46,856 nucleotides of DNA from Alphaproteobacteria bacterium (GCA_016937865.1 JAFGVS010000031.1:1-46856), one strand, 5' to 3'. Positions 21,301 to 30,799 are shown, numbered from the stretch's first letter. Numbers and translations are program-made. The notes: generated by a model not told the origin, from the letters alone.

Positions 21301-23469
21301 ACAAAACCGGCCGGATATATCCGCGTAGCAAGCACAGATGGAGATGCAGGCGCCTGTATGCGATACTATCGCCCAACCTATGCATTGTGGAAAGCGCAAT
21401 CCGGCAACATAGATAGAATGGAAACATATTGTAATGGAGGCACGTGTACAGACGCCGAAGGCATAGATGAAGACAGAACAGATTGTACGGCAATTGGTTT
21501 CACATATAACAAATGGGATGCGGCAAGTGGCGTGTGGACAACAGGGTGTACAAATATTGATTGGTCTGCGGGTTTTGAAAATGTTTCACCTGCAACAGCA
21601 TCCGATCCTTTGGCTGTAGACGATGAAAGATTTTTGGTTGAATCTCCAGCCGGGGAAGCAAGTTTATGGATTCCGCCATATACGACCTGGAATACAGGGA
21701 AGCTGATACGAACATGGAATTCGTTCAGAAAAGCATCCGGATATAACACGTATTCTTTGTATAATTGCAGCGGTGATGAAAATTGCCCAACGGATGACGC
21801 AGACCTAAAGGACCATACGGGATGTCCGTTGATATCTATTGATCGGACTTGGACAAACGCAGGCGGATGGTCTGGATGTTCTACTATCACGTGGTGTAAT
21901 GCAGGTGACGCACCAACAAGCGCGAATCAAAGATTTTTTGTCGATGATGGCAGTTGTGCGAAACTATGGCGTCCGAATTATACCATTTGGGATACATATA
22001 AAGGGAGCGCAACCTGGGATGTGTATAATAGTGGGGGGAGTTTTATACAATATAATTGTACCGGAAACAGTGATTGTCCGAATACCGATGCAACATCACC
22101 AGATGACACAGGATGCACAATTCCATTTTTAGAGCGTGTATGGGCTGATGCAACGGGTTGGAGCGGCTGTATAAATATTAATTGGGCCAGTGGATTCAGT
22201 AGTCCAGGTTCGGGAACAGACGATGAACGTTTCTTGGTGGAATCGCCAACTGGGGAAGCAAGCCTTTGGATTCCATCCTATAGTGTCTGGTCTTATGGAA
22301 CAAGAAGGCTAACCGCAACATGGAATGCGTACCGAGGGGCAACCGGATATGCGTATTCACGGTATGATTGTGCAGCTTGTGCAACCGTCCCAACAACAGA
22401 AAACTGTCCAACAACGGGGCATTATTATTACAGAGAATGGACCGATGATGCTGCCGGCTGGCCAACAACGTGTTCGATAAACTGGTGTGCAAGTGCACAA
22501 AGTTTATATAATAATGGTTCTTCTGGATACTTGTTGGAATCCACAGCAGGGGGCTCAGGACTAAAGCCAAATTGCGCCGAGGCAAGTAAAGCCCAACCAC
22601 ATCGGTTTTCGAACAGAACGCTGAGCCAATTGCGCGCTGAATGTAATGGGGATACAGCAGCAGAAGATGCAGATTGTTTCTATAAATCGGGTTATGCAAC
22701 ATCAAATTATGCATATGAAACGCCAACGCAAGCGGAATGTCCGAGTCCCGGATTGGTATGGGATAAAATAATGACATGGAATAACAACACGACAACCGGA
22801 TGGGGGGCATGTGTCGACCGGAATTGCGCGAGCAACGATATCCCGGCGGCCACGGGTGAGCCGTTCACAAGCAACCCATATTTATCCAGTTATTATCAAC
22901 CAACCGCTGTAAGCACAAGTTGTGGGGATGGTTATGTCGAAGCAGGGAAAACGGTCGGCGGAGATGCCACAAAAAGCTGTCGTTTTTGTCAGGTAAGTGA
23001 TGCGAACATAAGTTGTCCAGATGGCATGTTTGCCTATTATATCAGTGGAGGGCAGTTAAAATGTGACATGCCGGCCCCACCGACCGTAACATGTTCTTCT
23101 GAATCAATGACTCCAATGACAGAAGATGGGGCTGTATTACGCTGGGGAGTTCCAATTGATCCAAACGATTTTACTTCTCCTGTTGGGACCGCTAACGTAT
23201 ATCATTATTATTGCCACAATGCAGATCAATCAAATTTTGAATTACATTATTTTGTGCCAGGAACGGCAACGGATAGTTATACCTGTTCAACATCGGCGGT
23301 TGTCTATAATGCAGCGACGGCACCAACAGGGGTGACGGTTACCTATGGAACAATTAAGATTCGCGCTAAAGATGCTGATGGCGCAACAAGTTTTTATAAT
23401 ACTAATAGTTTTATAATCTGTCCAAACGGAGGAAGTGTAATTGGTTGGAAAGAGCAGTTCATAAATTAA
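15352..23469 (+). CDS. Giant 2705-aa Cys/Trp-rich repeat protein with N-terminal hydrophobic segment
   Basis: Uninterrupted 8.1-kb ORF, hydrophobic N-terminus, recurring C-x2-(LW/YY)RP-x-Y-x2-W modules. Confidence 0.88.
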   Translation: MQIFLLMLLSTFMGGYHYLSSPALNIGHDFLPESVRTKTLIMCVINEQKKALDDNSKNLRENGYEFEKTAPCAKSKDVITTKFCMQDGQISPDCYGQEGSGEESNYLSDHYFITRTDLPKDMSQSTALDYIKKMSGGLPNLGLLFKGEDDKYVVLNPQTMTETVSIPEQLIGANSLRKHQIVYFSHHTPSEVEAIAESSEWEALKCSKESDIKVFDGETQTWGCRPFDNFKKCFGDTIEDSKGNCIPNLGKKITCSSDERATFNYEALAWECKRKVSVVCQANETLGWNGSKYVCMYNEKFTGKDCEDLVFNDTTQDWETVRLGGSAAGYPCGACEINQSGTCDDTCFPDPSTIPENLCAGPNCAYECDTEEGCGWIKDCNGGQNCSDYKTIYWESNANKWHCVNCYPLKVKKQFKRGDTGCFSATIRDTEGLISIESCDHNGAQYQGGVSGDSCTLQENDKKEYELQCVFTGSGEFGEDGSGEKRFFCDTDDINDTNICGSLSNTTWAWYEYQGKSPGCMDPYDQDTDLQVLNKDTTKIPTLYDYNGKKYTFGCPSGYYRPRTAKGQQLQACKKRVCDNLPENNQQLTPTYSERRTADGQDCKAGYIDILRTSLYTHEGECFYCWIPPEDFEEPGPKERNYVWKLPPDKIEIEYFSVQTTTKSGQYDQTSTFEHYTACEKGNQCQEWKTSPGAYAEISCYKDDDGFCLDAPSAHNSPPGWQRTWSNGAWSDPTPNWCNDSGTPNFPQDESGQLLNTWDTKSQGRCPPNYQTKLNGRVANGVFTACLYCLPQPFKVSEVSSLLSGDPNPLPTDPEGDPIIEKPQQPGAWQLNRCYDDVAESEYSLADLSNVTKWTDPDYSGLKYAYAPNYCDISIVSEGCALGTKRSWVGGWSNCEPNLCRSEDKDRTGMNIPMLFKDGDGNYCVYMWRPPYNGVPPYRDENSTFSDWSAYYYKEIIWHTDGTNYIDYLNDHDHDGQISGLYPRGENLDDDGYYLDKDLEYNEDGHNYTWADETGWTRKQIWCGTTPTINDIQPDSLFPTTGQLEGSGAEACYNTVQPTLSVWKTCKSMYCESTDCMSNSEFKTCLFTECTNNAGCVKNTEANDFEFCTVGQPSISPWDPATGWQDCETNWCRDEPGRKQGKYIKVLDEEETCLYAWKPEYVESLWENWKNTYAFDVPGTDETIYLEEAVVVASNCCVEGADSYLQDGGEIVFNTGFKVIWESDTVGWKIRPNWCDGEGLADTMYPKKAAFYPWTAKRDEVNWCLKKTQASFENWGTCKTTSNCPGGDCKTDAFQTCLYEACIGSAECPFSNAVETSAICSSGDQISNWEGGVDGRGWLDCGFNWCDDATKTDDPALTNYPWTARVVGTCLKPVRSSVEIWNTCKAAHCPSSTCSGNILFQTCLYEKCKTDAVCLETTDPEWSLQTVQAGKPIKQVWDGTALTGGWGEKELNFCSGNNAPAENLSQLFVTQRTVESELCADIWLPDYGTWDGLRTKPTWESFDNTTDIESFDFLSCTGTCPTDAQTETALGCTLSFTRRTWLEKTIGWPATCDTEIGKCAFETPQTNFFRIKDTKIDPECIRYYRPTWDLWSGGPQGAWDVGEIPKIEKYCDDNPGVTECKNAAEKTSDGCPHSSLQERTWTNDVWPDTCTVKWCNVTATDPTGSNDRLLVSDGGCAKLWRPGHSVWKDYKDTGTWNAYKADQTAFKPHPCDKDNCPVDFGKETDNNECLLTSRYRNWNDDGGWSDCTSVTWCGAPPSPSDEDKRFLVDDGACGKLWRPDYTTWIAETYATTATWEAHNANNNTFAPYNCSSDTNCPTDYDDGLSGYAFEIDNTGCLTFKYRRWEDATGWLDSDGANTCEHVINKCTTPSEEATKPAHYFHKTDGACVRYYRPSYKLWIGGSYFDRLIRSWKNKTYNAWSDGNLAEMEAYCDANSSADECQDNENISTDNTGCTLGFLERNWDNAVGWTGCTHEIRECSGEEATKPAGYIRVASTDGDAGACMRYYRPTYALWKAQSGNIDRMETYCNGGTCTDAEGIDEDRTDCTAIGFTYNKWDAASGVWTTGCTNIDWSAGFENVSPATASDPLAVDDERFLVESPAGEASLWIPPYTTWNTGKLIRTWNSFRKASGYNTYSLYNCSGDENCPTDDADLKDHTGCPLISIDRTWTNAGGWSGCSTITWCNAGDAPTSANQRFFVDDGSCAKLWRPNYTIWDTYKGSATWDVYNSGGSFIQYNCTGNSDCPNTDATSPDDTGCTIPFLERVWADATGWSGCININWASGFSSPGSGTDDERFLVESPTGEASLWIPSYSVWSYGTRRLTATWNAYRGATGYAYSRYDCAACATVPTTENCPTTGHYYYREWTDDAAGWPTTCSINWCASAQSLYNNGSSGYLLESTAGGSGLKPNCAEASKAQPHRFSNRTLSQLRAECNGDTAAEDADCFYKSGYATSNYAYETPTQAECPSPGLVWDKIMTWNNNTTTGWGACVDRNCASNDIPAATGEPFTSNPYLSSYYQPTAVSTSCGDGYVEAGKTVGGDATKSCRFCQVSDANISCPDGMFAYYISGGQLKCDMPAPPTVTCSSESMTPMTEDGAVLRWGVPIDPNDFTSPVGTANVYHYYCHNADQSNFELHYFVPGTATDSYTCSTSAVVYNAATAPTGVTVTYGTIKIRAKDADGATSFYNTNSFIICPNGGSVIGWKEQFIN

Positions 23470-23482
23470 TTGTGTAATAGAC

Positions 23483-23521
23483 AAAAAAATATCCCAGCTT
23501 AAAAGCTGGGATATTTTTTTT
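23483..23521. terminator. Bidirectional terminator
   Basis: aaaaaaatatcccagctt-aa-aagctgggatattttttt perfect inverted repeat between convergent genes. Confidence 0.9.
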
Positions 23522-23532
23522 ATTTCTCAGTC

Positions 23533-24402
23533 TTATTTTGTATTTTGAACTAAGGCTGTAATATTGGCACCATTAATATCAAGATATTGTTCATTATCAA
23601 GAATTGGATCAACATTTGCTCTTAAAGAATTAAGGACAGCTGCTCTAGAAAAGACGGTTGATGCTGGATCATAGCCAGTCTGACAGTTGCCACCTGTGAA
23701 GTAAACGCCTGTTTCGTTGAATTTCAGGTCATACTCCACGTTACCGCTAGTTAGTGAAGTAAAACGTGCGGCTTCAGCAGGTTTCACAATAGTATAAGGT
23801 TGGTTATCAAAATAAGTCGTTTTATAGTATTTAATATCGCCTGCTTCTGTAAGGTCGTTAAATAACATTTGAGTCGTTGCCGGATCAGCAATCGAAACAC
23901 CGACACCTTCTGTCAGTAAAGCTTGTTCTTCTTTAGCAGAAAGAATGCTTGTGGCACGAATACCGCCTCGGAAATTATAATTATCATCTGGATTTCCAAA
24001 AGGAAGTCCTTCTGTTGATTCAACTTCTAAACTATTTAAATAAACGCGTGTTGTTGGATCTAAAATTAAAGTTCCCTTAGGGGCCGTAAAATTATTATCA
24101 AAGTTAGATTTAGGATATACCAGATCAACATCAGCCATAGATTCAGTAAGGTAGGCACCTTCTGCTGGATCAAAAGTAACAACCAAAGTGTCATTATCAG
24201 TAAAATCGACAGTGGCATTATAAACATCAGACATAACATCGCCAGGGGAAACCAATGTATTATAAACGAGTGTTGTTTTTATTGACTCATCCTCTGGTTC
24301 AGTTACTGTAAATTCCGTAAGACTACCATCTTTATTACAAGCCATAAACGTTACAGCAATCATAGATAGAAAGAAGATTAATTTGTTAGATATTTTTCGC
24401 AT
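23533..24402 (-). CDS. Hypothetical lipoprotein
   Basis: AAGGAG RBS before ATG 24402; MRKISNKLIFFLSMIAVTFMA-C lipobox; acidic, Thr-rich body. Confidence 0.8.
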   Translation of the reverse strand: MRKISNKLIFFLSMIAVTFMACNKDGSLTEFTVTEPEDESIKTTLVYNTLVSPGDVMSDVYNATVDFTDNDTLVVTFDPAEGAYLTESMADVDLVYPKSNFDNNFTAPKGTLILDPTTRVYLNSLEVESTEGLPFGNPDDNYNFRGGIRATSILSAKEEQALLTEGVGVSIADPATTQMLFNDLTEAGDIKYYKTTYFDNQPYTIVKPAEAARFTSLTSGNVEYDLKFNETGVYFTGGNCQTGYDPASTVFSRAAVLNSLRANVDPILDNEQYLDINGANITALVQNTK

Positions 24403-24764
24403 AAGATGCTCCTTTGCATTTTGCAGGGAGCGGGAGAGGGGAAAGGCAATTAGACCTCGTGCTGTCACGCTCCCTCCTTGTTTTTATAACCGAAAGATAG
24501 TCAAGAAACACCCTGAAAAAAAGTAAAGAGCGCCGTATTACAATATGTGGGTATATTTATATAGACAGGTGTACATAAGATGAAAATTATATAAGAAGAT
24601 AAATAACGTAACGAGCACGCCAAAAAAAACCATGCCAGATTCGTTAGGAAATGTAAAGAACTTTTTTAAAAAAACATAAACTTGACAAAATCTTAAATAT
24701 GATTGTATATAGGTCAATTTTTTTTGCTAGATTTTCAAAACAGGCTGCGGTAAAGTCGGTTTTT

Positions 24765-25319
24765 ATGGACGATCTAGAAAAAGCAATTGCAATATTAAAA
24801 TCCGGCGGAGTCATCATTTACCCGACCGATACCGTCTATGGAATCGGATGCGATGCCACGAATCCCGACGCGATTCGCAAATTATATGCTTTAAAAAACC
24901 GATCTTTGGACAAAACTTCGTCCGTTTGTGCGCGAATCGATAAGATAAAAGAGCTGGTCGAGATAACAAATAGTGCAAAAAAGAAAATGGGCGCCTTTTG
25001 GCCAGGAAATTTAACCGCGCTTTTAAAGGCGAAAAAAAATCACGGACTTGTGGATCAGGCTATTTTGGATGGTAAAATCTGTGTCCGCATTCCAAATCAC
25101 CCCTTTGTGTTGGCGTTATTAGATAAAATTGATTTTCCCCTTATTTCGACCAGTGCGAATATCTCTGGCGAACCGGCGCCAAACCGGTTTGATGAAATCA
25201 AAATACAGGCCGACCTAATGATCGAAGGGGATGCTTTTGTAAAAGGGACGCCGTCAACCATTGTTGATTTTACAACCGAGCCATTCAAAGTGATTCGCCA
25301 AGGGGCATTGCAATTATGA
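24765..25319 (+). CDS. tsaC: L-threonylcarbamoyladenylate synthase (Sua5/YrdC)
   Basis: IYPTDTVYGIGC, LKNR, FWPG, VRIP, STSANISG, PSTIVD. Confidence 0.93.
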   Translation: MDDLEKAIAILKSGGVIIYPTDTVYGIGCDATNPDAIRKLYALKNRSLDKTSSVCARIDKIKELVEITNSAKKKMGAFWPGNLTALLKAKKNHGLVDQAILDGKICVRIPNHPFVLALLDKIDFPLISTSANISGEPAPNRFDEIKIQADLMIEGDAFVKGTPSTIVDFTTEPFKVIRQGALQL

Positions 25320-26158
25320 AGGCTTTGATCCTCGCGGGCGCAACCGCATCCGGGAAATCATCTCGTGCATTGGAAATCGCCAAAGCACAAAACGGCGTGA
25401 TTATAAATTGCGACAGCCGACAGCTCTATAAAGATGTTCCTATTTTGGCCGCGTGCCCATTGGAATCTGAAAAAAAAGAGATTCCACATTATTTATATGA
25501 AATTTTAGACGGTACGGAAAAATATGACGCAATGGCGTATGCCCGCGCTGTTGCGCAAATCTTGCCGGAAATGGAATCTATGGGAAAAACGCCGATTTTT
25601 GTGGGCGGAACGGGGCTATATATCAATGCGCTTATGAAAGGATTGTCCCCAATTCCAAATGTAAATGCCTGTGTGGTGGAAGCCTTAAACGCCAAAGCCA
25701 AAGAGCGTCCTGTCCAAGATCTCCATGAAGAGCTTTCCCGCAAAGACCCAGAACTGGCGACGCGTTTATCACCAACCGATACACAGCACATTTTACGTGG
25801 CTTGGCGGTGTTTGATTCGACGAAACGACCACTGTCGTATTTTCAAAGCTTACCAAAACAAAAAGTCATCGATCTCGATGTTGAATTTGAATTGATAGAG
25901 CGACCCGTTAAAGAACTCTGGGAACGGATTGAACAACGCGTGACTTGGATGTTTGAAAATGGCGCAATTGAGGAAGTGAAAAAACTCAAAGCAAAAAATT
26001 ACCCAGAAACAGCACCTGTCTTGGAAAGTATCGGCGTGTCTGAAATCTTGGATTTATTGGATGAAAAAATGACAATGGATGAAGCCAAAGAATTAATTAC
26101 CATCCGCACCCGGCAATATGCCAAACGCCAACGCACGTGGTTCCGCGGTCAGCTATAA
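25316..26158 (+). CDS. miaA: tRNA dimethylallyltransferase
   Basis: GATASGKS, DSRQLY, VGGTGLY, TRQYAKRQRTWF. Confidence 0.96.
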   Translation: MKALILAGATASGKSSRALEIAKAQNGVIINCDSRQLYKDVPILAACPLESEKKEIPHYLYEILDGTEKYDAMAYARAVAQILPEMESMGKTPIFVGGTGLYINALMKGLSPIPNVNACVVEALNAKAKERPVQDLHEELSRKDPELATRLSPTDTQHILRGLAVFDSTKRPLSYFQSLPKQKVIDLDVEFELIERPVKELWERIEQRVTWMFENGAIEEVKKLKAKNYPETAPVLESIGVSEILDLLDEKMTMDEAKELITIRTRQYAKRQRTWFRGQL

Positions 26159-26161
26159 AAA

Positions 26162-26602
26162 TTAAAGGCTGCGGTGTTTTTCAATTTCGCCAGTGGCAAG
26201 GTTATCCACATGCTCGTTCCATTGATCGCCACTGTGGCCTTTAACCCAGTGCCACTCAATATCATGGCGATTAACTTGTTCTTGTAAAGCCTGCCAAAGT
26301 TCTTTGTTTTTAACGGGTTTTTTATTCGCCGTACGCCAATTATTTTTCTCCCAATTAAAAATCCATTTGGTCATACCATCTTTAACATAAGTGCTATCGG
26401 TATACAGGGCGACAGTGCATTTTTCTTTGAGGGTTTTAAGCGATTCAATGACGGCGGTGAGTTCCATTTGATTATTGGTGGTGTGTGCGGCATAACCAGA
26501 AAGATCTTTTTGATGTTCGCCGTATAAAAGAACCGCACCCCAGCCACCTTTGCCAGGATTGCCACTACATGCGCCATCCGTGTAGATTGTAATTTTTTTC
26601 AT
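26162..26602 (-). CDS. rnhA: Ribonuclease HI
   Basis: [32 protein letters not shown]. Confidence 0.97.
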   Translation of the reverse strand: MKKITIYTDGACSGNPGKGGWGAVLLYGEHQKDLSGYAAHTTNNQMELTAVIESLKTLKEKCTVALYTDSTYVKDGMTKWIFNWEKNNWRTANKKPVKNKELWQALQEQVNRHDIEWHWVKGHSGDQWNEHVDNLATGEIEKHRSL

Positions 26603-26603
26603 C

Positions 26604-27758
26604 TTAAGCATTTTCCTTTAGGTCAAAAATCACATCCGCAATCATGTTGCCCACTTTTTTGAAATCTTCTTCAGTATAACCGCGGGTGGTCATCGCAGGT
26701 GTGCCGAGGCGAATCCCAGAAGGACGGGTCGGCGGGGCATCATCAAAAGGAATGCCATTCTTATTACAGACAATACCGGCTTTTTCGAGAGTGTCGGCCA
26801 CAATGTCGCCTGTAAGTCCCAAGGGGCGTAAATCAACCAACATCAAATGTGTTTCCGTGCCACCGCCACTTAAGGTCAGGCCTCTTTCAATAAGAGCCGC
26901 CGCTAAAGCTTTGGCATTCTTAATGATCTGAGTCGCATAATCTTTAAAACTTGGATGTAAGGCTTCTTCCAGGGCAATGGCCTTGGCGGCAATCACATGC
27001 ATTAAAGGCCCCCCTTGCGATCCTGGGAAAACAGCAGAATTAATTTTTTTCGCAAGCGCTTCATCATTCGTTAAGATCATCCCAGCACGTGGGCCACGGA
27101 GTGTTTTATGCGTTGTTGTTGAAACAAGATGAGCATATGGAAAAGGGGAGGGGTGAGCGCCACCAGCGATAAGACCGGCAATATGTGAAATATCGGCCAG
27201 CAATGTCGCGCCAACGGAATCAGCAATGTCTCGGAAGGCTTTGAAATCAATTTGGAAAGGATAGGCCGATCCACCGGCAATAATTAATTTGGGTTGATGT
27301 TCTTGGGCTAAGGCTTTAATCGCGTCGTAATCTAAACGGAAGGTTTTCGGATTAACATCATAAGAAACGGCATTAAACCATTTCCCGGAAAGGTTGGGGC
27401 CTGCACCATGGGATAAATGACCGCCAGATTTTAAATTCATACCTAAAACAGTGTCGCCTGGTTTGACGGTGGCAAGAAAAACAGATAAGTTTGCGTTCGC
27501 ACCACTATGAGGTTGTACATTGGCAAAATTACACCCAAAGAGTTTTTTGGCTTTTTCAATTGCGTTGGACTCAATGGCGTCTACAAATTCACATCCTTGG
27601 TAATAACGCGCATAAGGATAGCCCTCGGCGTATTTATTTGTCAGAACAGAACCTTGGGCAGATAGGACAGCATCAGAAACAAAGTTTTCGGATGCAATCA
27701 GATTAATGGCTTTTTGTTGACGCTGGGTTTCTTTTTGGATAAGGTCTAAAATAGTCAT
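26604..27758 (-). CDS. glyA: Serine hydroxymethyltransferase
   Basis: [34 protein letters not shown]. Confidence 0.97.
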   Translation of the reverse strand: MTILDLIQKETQRQQKAINLIASENFVSDAVLSAQGSVLTNKYAEGYPYARYYQGCEFVDAIESNAIEKAKKLFGCNFANVQPHSGANANLSVFLATVKPGDTVLGMNLKSGGHLSHGAGPNLSGKWFNAVSYDVNPKTFRLDYDAIKALAQEHQPKLIIAGGSAYPFQIDFKAFRDIADSVGATLLADISHIAGLIAGGAHPSPFPYAHLVSTTTHKTLRGPRAGMILTNDEALAKKINSAVFPGSQGGPLMHVIAAKAIALEEALHPSFKDYATQIIKNAKALAAALIERGLTLSGGGTETHLMLVDLRPLGLTGDIVADTLEKAGIVCNKNGIPFDDAPPTRPSGIRLGTPAMTTRGYTEEDFKKVGNMIADVIFDLKENA

Positions 27759-27809
27759 ATCAATCCTTTTTACTTTATTTTTTCAAAAGACTAATGTAAA
27801 GTCGTTCGC

Positions 27810-28664
27810 ATGACAAGCGCAAAAATTATAGATGGCACTTTTTTAGCCAAAGAAATCTTAGAAAAACTCGAAAAAGATGTAAAAAGTCTAAAGCGCGTTC
27901 CTTCTTTTGTTGTTGTAAAAGTCGGCTGTAATACGGCTTCTGAAATTTATGTCAGAAACAAGCTTAGAAAAGCAGAAGAAATTGGCATAAAAGGTAATAA
28001 AATTGAATGCAGTGAAGATATTTCACAAGAAGACTTAATCACAATTATTGAAAAATTAAACAGGGATTCTGCTGTCGATGGTATAATTGTTCAATTGCCA
28101 CTTCCAAAACATATTGACGAAAATATTATTTTGGAAAAAGTAGCGCCTGAAAAAGATGCGGATTGTTTAAATCCAAAGAATATTGGGCGGGTGATGCTGG
28201 GAAATCCGTTCGTTTTGCCATGTACCCCTCAAGGTATTTTAACGGCGATAAAATCGGTTCGAAAAGAGTTAACAGGAAATAGTGTGGCGATTATTGGTCG
28301 ATCAAACATTGTTGGTAAACCGTTAGTGCCATTACTCTTAAAAGAAGATTGTACCGTTTCTGTTTTGCACTCTAAAACGCCAGATTTAACAAAATATACA
28401 CGGAAAGCAGATATTGTGATTGTTGCTGCTGGGGCACCCAAATTTATAACGGAAACAATTATTAAAGAAGGGGCCATTGTCATTGATGTCGGGATTAACC
28501 GGATTGATGGGAAAATTGTTGGAGACGTGGATTTCGAGCGTGTGAAAGAAAAAGCGTTTGCGATTACGCCTGTCCCTAAAGGAATTGGACCGCTAACGGT
28601 GATTTATTTGATGAAAAACATTGTTGATTTATATAAGAAACAACACGAACCATCAGAATCGTAA
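27810..28664 (+). CDS. folD: Methylenetetrahydrofolate dehydrogenase/cyclohydrolase
   Basis: YVRNK, VQLPLP, PCTPQG, GRSNIVGKP, IDVGIN, ITPVPKGIGPLT. Confidence 0.96.
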   Translation: MTSAKIIDGTFLAKEILEKLEKDVKSLKRVPSFVVVKVGCNTASEIYVRNKLRKAEEIGIKGNKIECSEDISQEDLITIIEKLNRDSAVDGIIVQLPLPKHIDENIILEKVAPEKDADCLNPKNIGRVMLGNPFVLPCTPQGILTAIKSVRKELTGNSVAIIGRSNIVGKPLVPLLLKEDCTVSVLHSKTPDLTKYTRKADIVIVAAGAPKFITETIIKEGAIVIDVGINRIDGKIVGDVDFERVKEKAFAITPVPKGIGPLTVIYLMKNIVDLYKKQHEPSES

Positions 28665-28918
28665 CCTTATTTTTTTCTACTAGATTTTTATTTTCAGCCA
28701 TGCTAATTTCCAACAGGAGACAGGGATTATTTTCCAAAAATAAGAAAATAAAAACAAATACCTCAAACAAGAAACAAAGTGAAATTAAAACGTAGTGGTC
28801 ATGCGTTGAGATCATTGTTGTTTTAGGACGAAGATGTGCATGAAGCACATCGAAGGATGTCCGCGAAACGGCAATTAGCGCAGGCAGGATTAATTTCCAA
28901 GAGAGAAAGAATAATATT

Positions 28919-30799
28919 ATGAATGGTTTATTAAGTTTGATTGCAGTGCTTTCTGCGACAGTACTGAGTGTCGCAATTTTGCGTCGATTAGGTCTTGGGA
29001 CCGTTCTCGGGTTTTTAATTGCCGGGATTATCGTGGGGCCGATCGGGTTTGATTTGATCCAACACACCCATACGGTTGAAATGTTGGGAGAATTTGGGCT
29101 TCTATTCTTACTTTTTATTATCGGGCTGGATTTCCGGCTATCCAGATTAAAAGAAATGCGCCGTGCGCTTTGGGGATTGGGCAGTGCCGAGTTTTTTATT
29201 GTCGGCGGGATTTTCCTAAGTATTGGTCTAACCATCGGGCTAACGGTGGAACAAGCATTATTGGTGGGTTTTTCTTTGGCCTTATCTTCAACGGCGATGG
29301 ACCTCCAATTGTTAACAGAAAGAGAAGAGCTCGCAACATCATTTGGGCGTGCCACCTTAGGGACGCTTCTTTTCCAAGATTTGATGGCAATTCCATTGTT
29401 GGCGTTCTTGCCGCTCCTTGCGGATTCAGGGCATTCGGTATCGTTTGATGTCGGGCAAGCCTTTTTAGAGGCGATCATTTTGATTGGATTTGTTTTCATT
29501 TTTGCAAAACGCATTGCCCCCTTTATTTTAAAAACGATTGCGAAGATTAAAAGTCCAGAGGCTTTTACAGTGGCTTCTATCGTCTTGGTGCTTGTGATGT
29601 GTGCGGCAACCAGTGCGGCTGGACTGCCAATGTCTTTAGGCGCCTTTGCCGCAGGGATGATGTTAGCAGAAAGTAATTACCGTCATCAAATTCAAACAGA
29701 TATTATGCCGTTTAAAGCATTGTTGCTGGGTCTTTTCTTCGTCGTATTAGGAAGCACGTTAAACTTGAGGCTTTTGATTGCACATCCAAGCTACATTATT
29801 GCGGCAGTTAGTGGATTAATTGCTTTAAAATTAGTGCTAATATTTCTTATTTCAAAAGGCATTATGAATTTACGGACAAAAGAAAGCTTCAAAACAGCCT
29901 TACTCTTGGCACAAGGGGGTGAATTTGCATTGGTTGTATTCCAATTGGCCTTGGTTAAATTTAAGATATTACCACCAGAAATTGGACAAGGCTTAATGCT
30001 CGTGATTTTGGTTTCAATGACACTCACGCCGATCCTTTGCAAATTAGCAGAGCTATTAGAAAAGAATGGCCGGCTTTTTCCACACAAAATGGATTCTGTT
30101 CCAAATGGGGAATTGGCAGTTTCTGATCACGTTATTATTGGCGGATTTGGACGCGTCGGACAAACCATTGCGTACATGTTAGAAAAAGCAAAAATCCCGT
30201 ATACGGCAATTGATATGGAACCTGATCGCGTCGTTGAAGGACGAAACATGGGGTATCCAGTATATTATGGTGATGTGACGCGTTATGATGTTTTACGGAC
30301 GATTGGTGCCGATCGGGCCAATATCGCCGTCATTGCATTAGATAAAGTTTCTGTTGTAAAACAAACGGTTAATTCAATTGCGGAAAACTTCCCACACATT
30401 AAAATCTTTGCCCGTGCGCGAAACCATTTTGAAAGCGAAGCCTTGAAAAAACATGGCGTGACGGCAACGATGCCAGAAACAATTGAATCAAGCTTACAAT
30501 TAGGGCGTGTTGTTCTTGATGCGGTTGGTGTGGAAAAAGAACGTATTTTTGGATTAATTGGGGATTTACGTCTGGATGATTATGCGGAATTATATAAAAT
30601 TATTGAAGCTTCTCAAAGTCCACAAAAATTGGCGCTGACCCCAAAAGCCCGGAATAAAAAGATTCACGCGGCTTTGGCAAGAATGTTTAAAAAAGCGGAT
30701 GTGCCTGTAGAATTAGTGGAGAATAAAGATAAGAAACCACCTAAACCTAAAAAAATGATAAAAAAAGCAACGAAAAAAGTTGTAAAAAAGAAAAAGTAA
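28919..30799 (+). CDS. CPA2/Kef-family cation:proton antiporter with RCK (TrkA-N) domain
   Basis: LSSTA, LLFQD, LAQGGEFA, GGFGRVGQ, YYGD; Lys-rich tail. Confidence 0.92.
   Translation: MNGLLSLIAVLSATVLSVAILRRLGLGTVLGFLIAGIIVGPIGFDLIQHTHTVEMLGEFGLLFLLFIIGLDFRLSRLKEMRRALWGLGSAEFFIVGGIFLSIGLTIGLTVEQALLVGFSLALSSTAMDLQLLTEREELATSFGRATLGTLLFQDLMAIPLLAFLPLLADSGHSVSFDVGQAFLEAIILIGFVFIFAKRIAPFILKTIAKIKSPEAFTVASIVLVLVMCAATSAAGLPMSLGAFAAGMMLAESNYRHQIQTDIMPFKALLLGLFFVVLGSTLNLRLLIAHPSYIIAAVSGLIALKLVLIFLISKGIMNLRTKESFKTALLLAQGGEFALVVFQLALVKFKILPPEIGQGLMLVILVSMTLTPILCKLAELLEKNGRLFPHKMDSVPNGELAVSDHVIIGGFGRVGQTIAYMLEKAKIPYTAIDMEPDRVVEGRNMGYPVYYGDVTRYDVLRTIGADRANIAVIALDKVSVVKQTVNSIAENFPHIKIFARARNHFESEALKKHGVTATMPETIESSLQLGRVVLDAVGVEKERIFGLIGDLRLDDYAELYKIIEASQSPQKLALTPKARNKKIHAALARMFKKADVPVELVENKDKKPPKPKKMIKKATKKVVKKKK

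Noticed and set aside
28820-28900. Glycine riboswitch (GAAGG...CAGG near glyA/folD)
   Set aside because: Lacks the GGAGA and CUCUCAGG core pairing, and lies upstream of the antiporter rather than a glycine gene.
28576-29514. 312-aa minus-strand ORF and similar antisense ORFs (542..1045, 21378..21890, 22196..22810, 40895..41515)
   Set aside because: They are shadow frames of well-supported genes on the opposite strand, with no recognisable motifs.
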